Positions 28,021 to 36,234 of a DNA stretch of 64,000 nt are shown here, piece by piece. The notes beneath the pieces were generated by a model. The model was not told the origin of the DNA. It was given only the letters and a program-made list of their open reading frames with translations, and searched no databases. How positions within the stretch are numbered: the stretch's first letter is position 1; each line of letters starts with the position of its first letter. The translations under genes and the position numbers were made by a program. This DNA comes from an uncultured Bacteroidales bacterium (GTDB taxonomy: Bacteria; Bacteroidota; Bacteroidia; Bacteroidales; FEN-979). The stretch spans positions 9,061 through 73,060 of the forward strand of contig CAIVAT010000163.1 of assembly GCA_903903985.1 (NCBI GenBank), in the 5' to 3' direction.

Positions 28021-28233
28021 TCAGGAAGGTTTCGCTTTCTTGCTCATCCATGCAAAATAGAGCATGATGAGTCCGAAGACCAACATGCCGCAACCTGACC
28101 AGAGGTTAATGTTAACACCCAGTGACCGGCTGTAAAGCACACTGTCGCCACTGGTAATCAATCCGAAAATAGTCAGCAATAACCCTAGGATGGTGAACAT
28201 CAGGCCGATCGGAAATTTTATATCTATACCCAT
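28021..28233 (-). CDS. small two-TM membrane protein, unknown function
   Basis: 70 aa with two hydrophobic helices (FPIGLMFTILGLLLTIFGLI and GCGMLVFGLIMLYFAW). It lies between the symporter and ogt, and its stop is 1 nt from the ogt start. Confidence 0.5.
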   Translation of the reverse strand: MGIDIKFPIGLMFTILGLLLTIFGLITSGDSVLYSRSLGVNINLWSGCGMLVFGLIMLYFAWMSKKAKPS

Positions 28234-28270
28234 AAATTTTGAATTCTTTGCATTGTCTGCATTCTTTTTT

Positions 28271-30004
28271 TTACCAGAACATAATCGTTAAAATGGTCCC
28301 AATGGTAAGGACCAGGATGGCCAATGTAGATGACCGCTGATACCAGGGCACGTTGGTTTCCACAACTTTTGGTGTCAGGATATAAACGAGGCCTTTCAGA
28401 TCTTCATCAGTCTTTTTCTGCTTCGTTAAAAGCGACAAAACAACGGTTACGATGGCGCTTGTAGAGAATGCGAAGATAGCCGTCCAGAAGTTCTGAGCCA
28501 TTTCAACCGGATAGGTATGGAGGTTGGTAATCCATCCTCCTTTCACCAGCGTCGCTGCTCCTTCAGGAACGGTTAACCCGTGGTGTAAGAGTGCGATGGT
28601 GAATCCTGCAAGCAAACCGGTAAAAGCTGCATGCCCGGTGGTTCGTTTCCAGAACATACCGAGGAAGATCACAGCAAACAAGGGTGCATTGATCATGGAA
28701 AAAATGGTTTGCAGGAAGTCCATGATATTCCCGAACAGACTTGCAAGGTAAGCAGCTGCAATACTGACGATGACCCCGAAGATGGTCGCCATGCGTCCGA
28801 CAAACAGGTAGTGCTTGTCATCGGCCGCTTTATCTTTGGTTATCGGGCGGATATAACTCTGGTAAATATCATAGGTCCAAACCGTGTTGAACGCGGAAAC
28901 ATTTCCGGCCATGCCCGACATAAAGGAAGCCAGCAAGGCGGTAATCCCAAGACCTAATACCCCGGCCGGAAGATATTGTTTCAGCAGGGCGATGATGGTA
29001 TAATCGTAATTATAATGGCCCGGTGAAATCTCAGGCAGTGAAAAACCGGATCCAGGCTTATTCAAAAGCACCAGTGCTGCAATCCCCGGAACGATAATGA
29101 GGAACGGGATGAACATTTTCGGAAGGGCTCCAATTAACGGCGTATTCCGGGCAGCTGTTGAAGATTTTGCTGACATGGCGCGTTGTACAATTAAAAAATT
29201 GGTACACCAGTATCCGAAGGAGAGGACAAATCCCAGGCCGGCTGCAATGCCGTACCATTCAACACCCAGCGGATTTGTGGTGGCCGATCCGGTGTATTTC
29301 CAGGTTGTGGTCCAGGTATCGGCGGCAAATCCTTTGGCGGTAACAATCGGTGCCAGTTGGTCTTTCATGCCCGACCAGCCTCCCAGGTCCTGAAGGCTCA
29401 GGATCACGATGGGCAACAAACCTATAACAATGATGAAGAACTGCAGCACCTCATTATAAATCGCAGACGAAAGGCCGCCAAGATAAGTATAGCCCAAAAC
29501 AATCGCAGCGGAAAGGACCAGGCTCAGGTGGAAGTTCCAGCCAAGTACTTTCTCCATCAGGATAGCCAGTGCATACATGGATATCCCGGATGCGAGGATG
29601 GTCATCACGGCAAAAAGGATGGCGTTCAGTCCCCGGGTTTTTTCATCAAAGCGCAGTTTCAGGTATTCCGGTACCGACCGTGCCTTGGATCCATAGTAAA
29701 ACGGCATCATGAAGAGGGCAAGAAATACCATGGCAGGAATGGCCCCGACCCAATAAAAATGGGTTGTGAGCATTCCATATTTGGCTCCGGAGCCGGTCAT
29801 GCCCATCACCTCCAGTGCACCGAGGTTTGTGGAGATGAATGCCAGGCCGGCAACCCAGGCCGGCATCGATCGCCCGGCTTCGAGAAACGCGTTGGCATCT
29901 TTCATATAACGTTTCAGTGCCCATCCGATGCCCAGTACGAAAACGAAATAGACGATCATGATGGTGTAATCGATCCAGCTAAGAACAAAACCAGTTTCTA
30001 CCAT
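28271..30004 (-). CDS. sodium:solute symporter family transporter (SGLT-like sugar symporter)
   Basis: 577 aa and polytopic. It has ..AGRSMPAWVAGLAFISTNLGALEVMGMTGSGAKYG.., typical of the SSF family. Confidence 0.85.
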   Translation of the reverse strand: MVETGFVLSWIDYTIMIVYFVFVLGIGWALKRYMKDANAFLEAGRSMPAWVAGLAFISTNLGALEVMGMTGSGAKYGMLTTHFYWVGAIPAMVFLALFMMPFYYGSKARSVPEYLKLRFDEKTRGLNAILFAVMTILASGISMYALAILMEKVLGWNFHLSLVLSAAIVLGYTYLGGLSSAIYNEVLQFFIIVIGLLPIVILSLQDLGGWSGMKDQLAPIVTAKGFAADTWTTTWKYTGSATTNPLGVEWYGIAAGLGFVLSFGYWCTNFLIVQRAMSAKSSTAARNTPLIGALPKMFIPFLIIVPGIAALVLLNKPGSGFSLPEISPGHYNYDYTIIALLKQYLPAGVLGLGITALLASFMSGMAGNVSAFNTVWTYDIYQSYIRPITKDKAADDKHYLFVGRMATIFGVIVSIAAAYLASLFGNIMDFLQTIFSMINAPLFAVIFLGMFWKRTTGHAAFTGLLAGFTIALLHHGLTVPEGAATLVKGGWITNLHTYPVEMAQNFWTAIFAFSTSAIVTVVLSLLTKQKKTDEDLKGLVYILTPKVVETNVPWYQRSSTLAILVLTIGTILTIMFW

Positions 30005-30022
30005 TATTCTATGTTTTTTGGC

Positions 30023-30061
30023 AACCTCATGCTAAAGCATGAGGTTACGGGAGGTTAACGG
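30023..30061. promoter_or_regulatory. perfect 24-bp palindrome plus extra half-site (candidate operator or 5'-UTR hairpin)
   Basis: aacctcatgc-taaa-gcatgaggtt (30023-30046), followed by acgg-gaggtt. It lies 19 nt upstream of the symporter ATG, in the divergent spacer shared with the phosphoesterase gene. Confidence 0.5.
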
Positions 30062-30094
30062 GAAACAAATTTAGAAGTATATTTTTATTAACGG

Positions 30095-30102
30095 TAACTT
30101 TG
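30095..30102 (+). promoter_or_regulatory. candidate -7 promoter box
   Basis: TAACTTTG matches TAnnTTTG and lies 33 nt upstream of the 30135 start. Confidence 0.4.
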
Positions 30103-30134
30103 TAGCGATAAAAATAAAAAAAGGATAAAAAACA

Positions 30135-31292
30135 TTGAAAACAAGTGCATTCATCCTGTTTTTTTCCATTGTCCTGGTTATTTACGGACTGGCCAATGGC
30201 TACATTTTCATGCGTGGATTGCAGGCTATTCCTGTCGGTTCCGCCTGGAGACCCTGGTATTTTACCGGGTTCTGGTTCATCGCTTTCACTTTTATCCTTG
30301 CAAGGATCATGGAAAGAGCTTATCCTTGTGGCTTCACCGGCATCATAACCTGGATCGGATCATTCTGGCTGGCGTTTATGCTCTACTTTATAATGATCGC
30401 TCTTTTAATTGATTTCGCAAGGGTGATCAACCACTTTTTTCACATTTTCCCACAGTCGTTTTATATTGACTACCAGCGGACAAAACTCATCGTTTTATTC
30501 AGTTCAATGGCGTTGGTCACGATCATTGTTGCCGTCGGGTTCATCAATGCCCGCATGCCGAGGATCAGAAAGCTGGAATTGAATATAAGGAAAAATGTAA
30601 CAGGCGATAAAACGTTGAAACTGGTGGTGGTTTCCGACGTCCACCTGGGGACGATTATCGCCAAGAGAAAGGCCAACAGGTTGGTTGCCACGATCAACGA
30701 ACTCAATCCGGACCTTGTTCTGTTTGCCGGAGACCTGGTTGATGAGGATCTGGCCCCGGTGATCAAGAACAATCTCGGGGCGAATCTGTTACAGATCAGG
30801 TCGAAACTGGGAGTATATGCCATCACCGGGAACCATGAATATATCGGGGGGGTTGAACCGGCCGTAAAATACCTGAGGGATCATGGCATCAATGTGTTGC
30901 GTGATACAGCCATCCTCATCGGCAGTCAGTTTTACCTTGTGGGGCGTGAAGACCGTGACCGGCCACGGTTCACCGGAAAAAAACGAAAAGATCTGAACGA
31001 GTTGCTGCAAGAGGTTGATCGCTCGTTGCCGGTTATTCTTTTAGACCATCAGCCGTTCGACCTGGAGCGAAGTGTGGAACAAGGCGTCGACCTTCAGCTT
31101 TCGGGACATACCCATCACGGGCAGATGTGGCCGTTTAACTATATCACATCCGCCATGTACGAAATCAGTTGCGGCTACCGTCAGATCGGGAAGACGCATT
31201 TTTATGTATCAACCGGTTTTGGTACGTGGGGGCCTCCTGTGAGGCTCGGGAACAGGCCTGAGATTGTGCAGATAAAGTTGACTTTTGACTAG
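30135..31292 (+). CDS. membrane-anchored metallophosphoesterase (YkuE-like)
   Basis: 385 aa with a TTG start and N-terminal TM helices. Phosphoesterase motifs: VVSDVHLG, GDLVD, GNHE and GHTHHG. Confidence 0.8.
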   Translation: MKTSAFILFFSIVLVIYGLANGYIFMRGLQAIPVGSAWRPWYFTGFWFIAFTFILARIMERAYPCGFTGIITWIGSFWLAFMLYFIMIALLIDFARVINHFFHIFPQSFYIDYQRTKLIVLFSSMALVTIIVAVGFINARMPRIRKLELNIRKNVTGDKTLKLVVVSDVHLGTIIAKRKANRLVATINELNPDLVLFAGDLVDEDLAPVIKNNLGANLLQIRSKLGVYAITGNHEYIGGVEPAVKYLRDHGINVLRDTAILIGSQFYLVGREDRDRPRFTGKKRKDLNELLQEVDRSLPVILLDHQPFDLERSVEQGVDLQLSGHTHHGQMWPFNYITSAMYEISCGYRQIGKTHFYVSTGFGTWGPPVRLGNRPEIVQIKLTFD

Positions 31293-31301
31293 GGCCATCC
31301 C

Positions 31302-32558
31302 ATGGGGGAGGGTAAAGAAATAACCATTATGCAGAAAATAACTTTCAGGACTTCCTCCCTCATTGCACTTTTTTTCGTACTTGGCCTCATTGTGGTGATT
31401 GGTGTTTTTCTATATTACCAACGAGAAATGCCTGTAAAATCTGAAATGCCTGCCCCACCCCCACCCCTGGCATACGGAATCAGGCTCGACAGCGTGGCGA
31501 TCGCCTACGGAACAGTGGCAGATGGCCAAAACCTCTCCACCATACTTTCATCATATGCATCTGAAGATGCGGTCGAATATATTGCCAGGGATACGAAAGA
31601 AATCTTTGATGTGAGGAAAATCAAGGCAGGTAACAGGTATGCCAGGATATTTTCAAAAGATACAACCAGGAGAACGCTGTATTTCATTTATGAGATCAAC
31701 CCGATCGACTATATAATATACGACCTCCGGGATTCAGTCAAGGTGCATAAGGACAAGAAAAAGGTCACCCGGCTTGTCAAGACTGCTACCGGAACTATTA
31801 AGAGTTCCCTTTGGAGCTGTTTTGTGGAGAACAAGCTTGACGTCAACCTTGGCCTGGCACTTTCTGATGTATATGCCTGGACGATTGATTTTTACGGTTT
31901 ACAAAAGGGGGATAATTTCAAAGTGATCTATGAAGAGATCTTTGTTGACGGCAAACTGGTTGGCATCGACCGCATCCTGGCTTCCAAATTCCAAAACAAT
32001 GGCAAAGATTTTTATGCCTACCATTTTGAGCAGAATGGAAAGGGTTCCTATTTTGATGACAAAGGGCAAAGCCTGCAGCGCTCCTTTCTGAAAGCTCCTC
32101 TGAAATTTTCACGCATCAGTTCCCGGTTTTCCCGTTCGCGTATGCACCCGATCCTGCGCATTGCACGCCCGCATTTCGGGGTTGATTATGCAGCGCCCCG
32201 CGGCACCCCGGTGGTAGCGTTGGGCGATGGCCATGTAAACGAAGCAGGGTTTCACGGGGGTTATGGCCGTTTTATCAGTATCCGCCACAATTCGACATAT
32301 ACCACCACCTACGCTCATTTATCGGGTTATGCCAAGGGATTAAAACCAGGATTGCATGTCCAGCAGGGACAGGTGATCGGTTTCGTGGGAAGCAGCGGGC
32401 TTTCAACCGGATCACATCTCGATTTTCGGGTTTACCGCAATGAAACCCCCACCGATCCTCTGAAACTTGAATCGCCGCCTTCGACACCTGTCGAGTCGGC
32501 AAACCTGGAAAGATACAGGCAGTTGGTTGCGAAGATGAACAAGGAACTGGAGAAATAA
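31302..32558 (+). CDS. M23-family peptidoglycan metalloendopeptidase
   Basis: 418 aa with an N-terminal TM helix. Motifs: HFGVDYAAPRGTPVVALGDG and GSHLDFRV. The alternative start at 31329 (MQKITF..) is equally plausible. Confidence 0.85.
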   Translation: MGEGKEITIMQKITFRTSSLIALFFVLGLIVVIGVFLYYQREMPVKSEMPAPPPPLAYGIRLDSVAIAYGTVADGQNLSTILSSYASEDAVEYIARDTKEIFDVRKIKAGNRYARIFSKDTTRRTLYFIYEINPIDYIIYDLRDSVKVHKDKKKVTRLVKTATGTIKSSLWSCFVENKLDVNLGLALSDVYAWTIDFYGLQKGDNFKVIYEEIFVDGKLVGIDRILASKFQNNGKDFYAYHFEQNGKGSYFDDKGQSLQRSFLKAPLKFSRISSRFSRSRMHPILRIARPHFGVDYAAPRGTPVVALGDGHVNEAGFHGGYGRFISIRHNSTYTTTYAHLSGYAKGLKPGLHVQQGQVIGFVGSSGLSTGSHLDFRVYRNETPTDPLKLESPPSTPVESANLERYRQLVAKMNKELEK

Positions 32559-32561
32559 GCT

Positions 32562-33068
32562 TCACTCCCTGGTGAACGGATGTTCATGCTTCCACATTTT
32601 CCATACAAGAAACACCGGGAATAAAAACCAGGGTGCATTTGCAAGGGTAACAATGAACGGTGCGAAGGTGGCATGCGGCCCCCAGTATTCTTCATTCATG
32701 ATGATGAAAACATTGGTAAAGAGAATTGAGGAGTAGATGATCGTTGGGATCCTGATCCAGTCCTTACCCTTGATAAAGGCATAAACAGCAAACAGATAGT
32801 AGGGTCCGAAGAATACTGCATCAAGCCAGATTGTCGCTTTCCACCATGTTGGCCTTGCCCATTGCAGCGGATCGAAACTGCTTCCCCACCAGTGTACCAT
32901 GTCCACCAGAAAAGGAAGCGGCCACAGCGGATACTGAAAATTGTCAGGGTCTTTAATTACAAGCTGTTCAAGATCAACAATATAGGTAATATATAACAGG
33001 TTAAGGAAGAAGAATGCCAGGTAGATATAATCTGTTTTGCGGTCTTTTAAAGGGATTTGTGTTCTCAT
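32562..33068 (-). CDS. EXPERA-domain membrane protein (TMEM97/sigma-2-receptor- and EBP-like; DUF2781)
   Basis: 168 aa with 4 TM helices. It is collinear by eye with human TMEM97: ..DPLQWARPTWWKA.. versus DPLLQEPPAWFKS, and YAFIKGKDWIRIPTIIYSS versus YAFLKGSCKWIRTPAIIYSV. Confidence 0.7.
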   Translation of the reverse strand: MRTQIPLKDRKTDYIYLAFFFLNLLYITYIVDLEQLVIKDPDNFQYPLWPLPFLVDMVHWWGSSFDPLQWARPTWWKATIWLDAVFFGPYYLFAVYAFIKGKDWIRIPTIIYSSILFTNVFIIMNEEYWGPHATFAPFIVTLANAPWFLFPVFLVWKMWKHEHPFTRE

Positions 33069-33080
33069 TAAGTAAAGGTT

Positions 33081-33116
33081 TTGACCCCGTCAGGGTGTTG
33101 GACCCCGTCAGGGTGT
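33081..33116. repeat. 18-nt tandem duplication filling the SDR-EXPERA spacer
   Basis: ttgaccccgtcagggtgt / tggaccccgtcagggtgt, with 1 mismatch. The second copy overlaps the last two codons and the stop of the SDR gene (stop at 33108-33110). Confidence 0.9.
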
Positions 33117-33950
33117 GTCAAAAATAGTAAGATTTTTTTTTCCACGGGCGTTTTCAGCCATCTGACGGGCAATGTTCAACCGGAACCCGGGAATATTGGA
33201 GATAAATGCACCGATTTTTACGCTGATATCCGAATATACCAGTGTTTCAGGCTTCAGGATGAGTTTTACCAGTTGCCGGGCAACATCCTCCGGCGATTTC
33301 GGTTTTGTGAAAAGCCGGGTGATCATATTTTGTTTGTCTGCCATCAGGAAATCCTGTTCGATCATACCCAGCCGGGAATCGGGTTTTGAATCGGTTTTGA
33401 TATAACCCGGAAAATATTCACTTACCAGGATTTTTGTGCCAGCCCATTCAGCCTGAATGGTACGGGTCCATGCTGAAAATGCCGCTTTCGAACAAACATA
33501 CGGGGCGTAAAACGGAATGCCCATCATGAAGCCGGGTGAGCCGATGTTGATGATGTGGCCCCCACCTTGTTTAAGCATGTGGCTGATGGCTTCCTGGGTG
33601 GCTGCAACGGGAGCAATCAGGTTGGTGGAAAACGCGCTCAGGAGGTCAGCCGGCCTGACAACATCTGACTTTGCAACAATGATGCTGGCTGCGTTATTGA
33701 TCAGCACATCGATCCGGCCAAAATGCCCGACAACACTTTGAACCATTTCCCGGGCTGAATGGTCATCACACAGGTCTTTAACCAACACGAGCGGACCATG
33801 CATACGCAGGGCCAGGTCATCCAGTTTCACTTTTCTACGGGCAGCAATGGCAACCTTCGCCCCGGCTGCATCGAGGGCCAGCGCGGCGGCGGCTCCGATT
33901 CCGGAAGAAGCACCGGTGATAAGGACGACTTTGGTTTGAAGAGGGAGCAT
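33108..33950 (-). CDS. short-chain dehydrogenase/reductase (SDR)
   Basis: I moved the start to the ATG at 33950 (MLPLQTKVVLITGASSGIG). Motifs: NNAA and the catalytic YVCSKAA. Confidence 0.8.
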   Translation of the reverse strand: MLPLQTKVVLITGASSGIGAAAALALDAAGAKVAIAARRKVKLDDLALRMHGPLVLVKDLCDDHSAREMVQSVVGHFGRIDVLINNAASIIVAKSDVVRPADLLSAFSTNLIAPVAATQEAISHMLKQGGGHIINIGSPGFMMGIPFYAPYVCSKAAFSAWTRTIQAEWAGTKILVSEYFPGYIKTDSKPDSRLGMIEQDFLMADKQNMITRLFTKPKSPEDVARQLVKLILKPETLVYSDISVKIGAFISNIPGFRLNIARQMAENARGKKNLTIFDTP

Positions 33951-34022
33951 GGGGGGAAACGATTTACAATTGAAAAATGGCAAAAGCGCTCAAAAGTAAA
34001 AAGAACTGTTGGATACATGATA

Positions 34023-34030
34023 TAGTTTTG
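34023..34030 (+). promoter_or_regulatory. candidate -7 promoter box for galM
   Basis: TAGTTTTG matches TAnnTTTG and lies 33 nt upstream of the ATG at 34063. Confidence 0.4.
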
Positions 34031-34062
34031 ATAAGTTTGTGGAAAAATCTAACATCCGGGTT

Positions 34063-35247
34063 ATGCAAAAGATTTTATTTCTTTTTTTTCTGATATCGAT
34101 ATTATTCACTGGTACTTCCTGCCAAATACATATCGGAGACGAAAAAAAACAGGATACTGATTCAATCATTTTGAATAAAGCAAGCAATTTATTGCCTTCA
34201 AATAAACATTCCCCGATCATGAAAAAATCATTTGGACAGGCAGACCATAAAGACGTTTTCCTTTTTTCGCTCACCAACAGCAACGGCATGACCGTGAAGA
34301 TCACTAACTACGGTGCCATCATCACTTCGATCCTTTTCCCCGATAAAACCGGCCATACAGGCGACATTGTACTCGGCTACGACAGTCTTGAACAGTATAT
34401 TGCCAATAGTCCCTATTTTGGCGCCATTGTCGGCCGGTATGCGAACCGGATCGCCAAAGGAAAGTTCACCCTGAATGGAAAACTGTACCAGCTCGCCATC
34501 AACAACGGGAACAACAGCCTGCACGGCGGATTGAAGGGGTTTGACAAGGTTGTATGGGATCCCGGCAAAATTACAGATACCCTGACACCAAAACTTGAAC
34601 TGAACTACTTGAGCAAAGATGGAGAAGAAGGCTTTCCCGGAAACCTGAAAGTAAAAGTAACATACTCCCTGAATGATTACAATGAGCTGATCACCCTGAT
34701 TGAAGCGGAAACGGACCAGGCTACCCCGGTAAATTTGTGCAACCATACCTATTTCAACCTGAGTAAAGCCGATACCAGCATTCTGGGGCACATCCTTACA
34801 CTCTATGCAGATCAGTATACCCGGGTGAACGATGAATTGATACCTACAGGTGATCTGCCTTTTGTTAGAGGAACCGCCATGGATTTCAACAATTCGCGTG
34901 CAATTGGAGAACAAATTGCGAAAGTGAAGGGTGGATATGATCATAACTATGTCTTAAAGAAGAAAACCGGTGAATTATCGATGGCCGCTCAGCTGTATGA
35001 CCCGCGCACGGGACGCCAACTGGAGATCCTGACCACACAGCCCGGAGTTCAATTTTATTCCGGCAATTTTCTGGATGGCACCATCAGAGGCAAGGGTGGA
35101 AAAGTTTATGGGCAACATTATGGTCTTTGCCTTGAAACCCAACATTTTCCTGATTCTCCCAATCATTCGGCATTTCCAAACACCATCCTGCGACCCGGAG
35201 AGAAGTTCCTGGAAAAGACGGTGTACCGGTTTTCAGTGATTAAATAG
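34063..35247 (+). CDS. galM: aldose 1-epimerase (galactose mutarotase), lipoprotein-type signal
   Basis: The ATG at 34063 gives MQKILFLFFLISILFTGTSC. Motifs: ..YFGAIVGRYANRIAKGKF..NNG.NSLHGG..GFDK and ..NHTYFNL... Confidence 0.85.
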   Translation: MQKILFLFFLISILFTGTSCQIHIGDEKKQDTDSIILNKASNLLPSNKHSPIMKKSFGQADHKDVFLFSLTNSNGMTVKITNYGAIITSILFPDKTGHTGDIVLGYDSLEQYIANSPYFGAIVGRYANRIAKGKFTLNGKLYQLAINNGNNSLHGGLKGFDKVVWDPGKITDTLTPKLELNYLSKDGEEGFPGNLKVKVTYSLNDYNELITLIEAETDQATPVNLCNHTYFNLSKADTSILGHILTLYADQYTRVNDELIPTGDLPFVRGTAMDFNNSRAIGEQIAKVKGGYDHNYVLKKKTGELSMAAQLYDPRTGRQLEILTTQPGVQFYSGNFLDGTIRGKGGKVYGQHYGLCLETQHFPDSPNHSAFPNTILRPGEKFLEKTVYRFSVIK

Positions 35248-35311
35248 GTCTGTGGCAAACCGTGACACGTGATGAGTGACAAGGGATTTATTTATTATTC
35301 AAAAAAAGAAG

Positions 35312-36049
35312 ATGAAGTGTATCCTAATCGATGACGAAAAGCATTGTATCAACACATTGACCAATCTCCTGGAACGAAATTTCCCGGAGGTGGAAATTCT
35401 TGCAACCTGCCTCGATTCAACACAGGCATTCGCTTTGATTCAGCAGCATCATCCCGATGTTGTTTTCCTTGATATTGAAATGCCGCTGTTGAACGGATTT
35501 GACCTGCTTTCAAAATTCGAACAACTGTTTTTTGAGGTGATCTTTACTACAGCTTATGACACATATGCTATTAAAGCAATTAAATACAGTGCCCTGGATT
35601 ACCTCCTGAAACCAATCGGGAAAGAAGACCTTGCCATTGCTATTGAAAAGTTAAAAAACAAACAGAATTTAATTAGCAAAACCCAGATTCAGATGGCTAC
35701 CGCGGTGCATAACAAGCTCCTGCCAGAGACAATTGCATTGCCTACCACAGACGGATTGACATTTTCTTCGGTGAATGATATCGTATATTGCACAGCAGAT
35801 GGCAGTTATACCCGTATGTTTCTGCTTGATAAAAGTGAACTCCTGCTTTCAAAAACGTTGGGCGACCTCGACGAATTACTCAGTGAATACAGCTTTTTCC
35901 GTATCCATCATTCTACCCTGATCAATCTGAAACAGGTAAAAAAATATATTCGTGGCGAAGGCGGTGAGGTGATCATGAGCAATGGCGCAACCCTGCAGGT
36001 AGCCCGTACACGAAAAACCGATTTTTTAAAGGTTTTCAAGCGATTCTGA
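35312..36049 (+). CDS. LytTR-family two-component response regulator
   Basis: The ATG at 35312 gives MKCILIDDEKHC. The receiver domain has the phosphoacceptor context DVVFLDIEMP. The C-terminal LytTR domain reads ..FFRIHHSTLINLKQVKKY... Confidence 0.9.
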   Translation: MKCILIDDEKHCINTLTNLLERNFPEVEILATCLDSTQAFALIQQHHPDVVFLDIEMPLLNGFDLLSKFEQLFFEVIFTTAYDTYAIKAIKYSALDYLLKPIGKEDLAIAIEKLKNKQNLISKTQIQMATAVHNKLLPETIALPTTDGLTFSSVNDIVYCTADGSYTRMFLLDKSELLLSKTLGDLDELLSEYSFFRIHHSTLINLKQVKKYIRGEGGEVIMSNGATLQVARTRKTDFLKVFKRF

Positions 36050-36207
36050 AAGAAAGTCTCCCCCAACTGCCGGCCAAATACTACCGGTTACCAATTAATT
36101 CATACCAACTGCCAACTACCGCTTTACTTCCCTATACCTGCCTCCTATTTTTGTATTTCTGAAAATCCTTGAGCAGCAATCTTCCCCTTGCAAGGAGCAG
36201 AAATGAA

Positions 36208-36228
36208 TCGCAAATCGAAAATTGACTT
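36208..36228 (+). repeat. 7-nt tandem repeat array just upstream of a start codon
   Basis: tcgcaaa tcgaaaa ttgactt, ending 6 nt before the ATG at 36235. It shares the 13-mer aaatcgaaaattg with the array at 15558-15581. Confidence 0.85.
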
Positions 36229-36234
36229 TCGGGT

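Noticed and set aside
34228-34944. 238-aa antisense ORF inside galM. Similar long shadow ORFs occur at 29357-30058 (+), 21681-22220 (-), 54023-54598 (-), 49200-49703 (-), 56326-56832 (+), 17306-17752 (-) and 42814-43275 (-).
   Set aside because: Each lies entirely antisense to, or out of frame within, a gene with strong family motifs. Their translations are low-complexity or Arg/Cys/His-rich with no motifs, so they are typical shadow ORFs.
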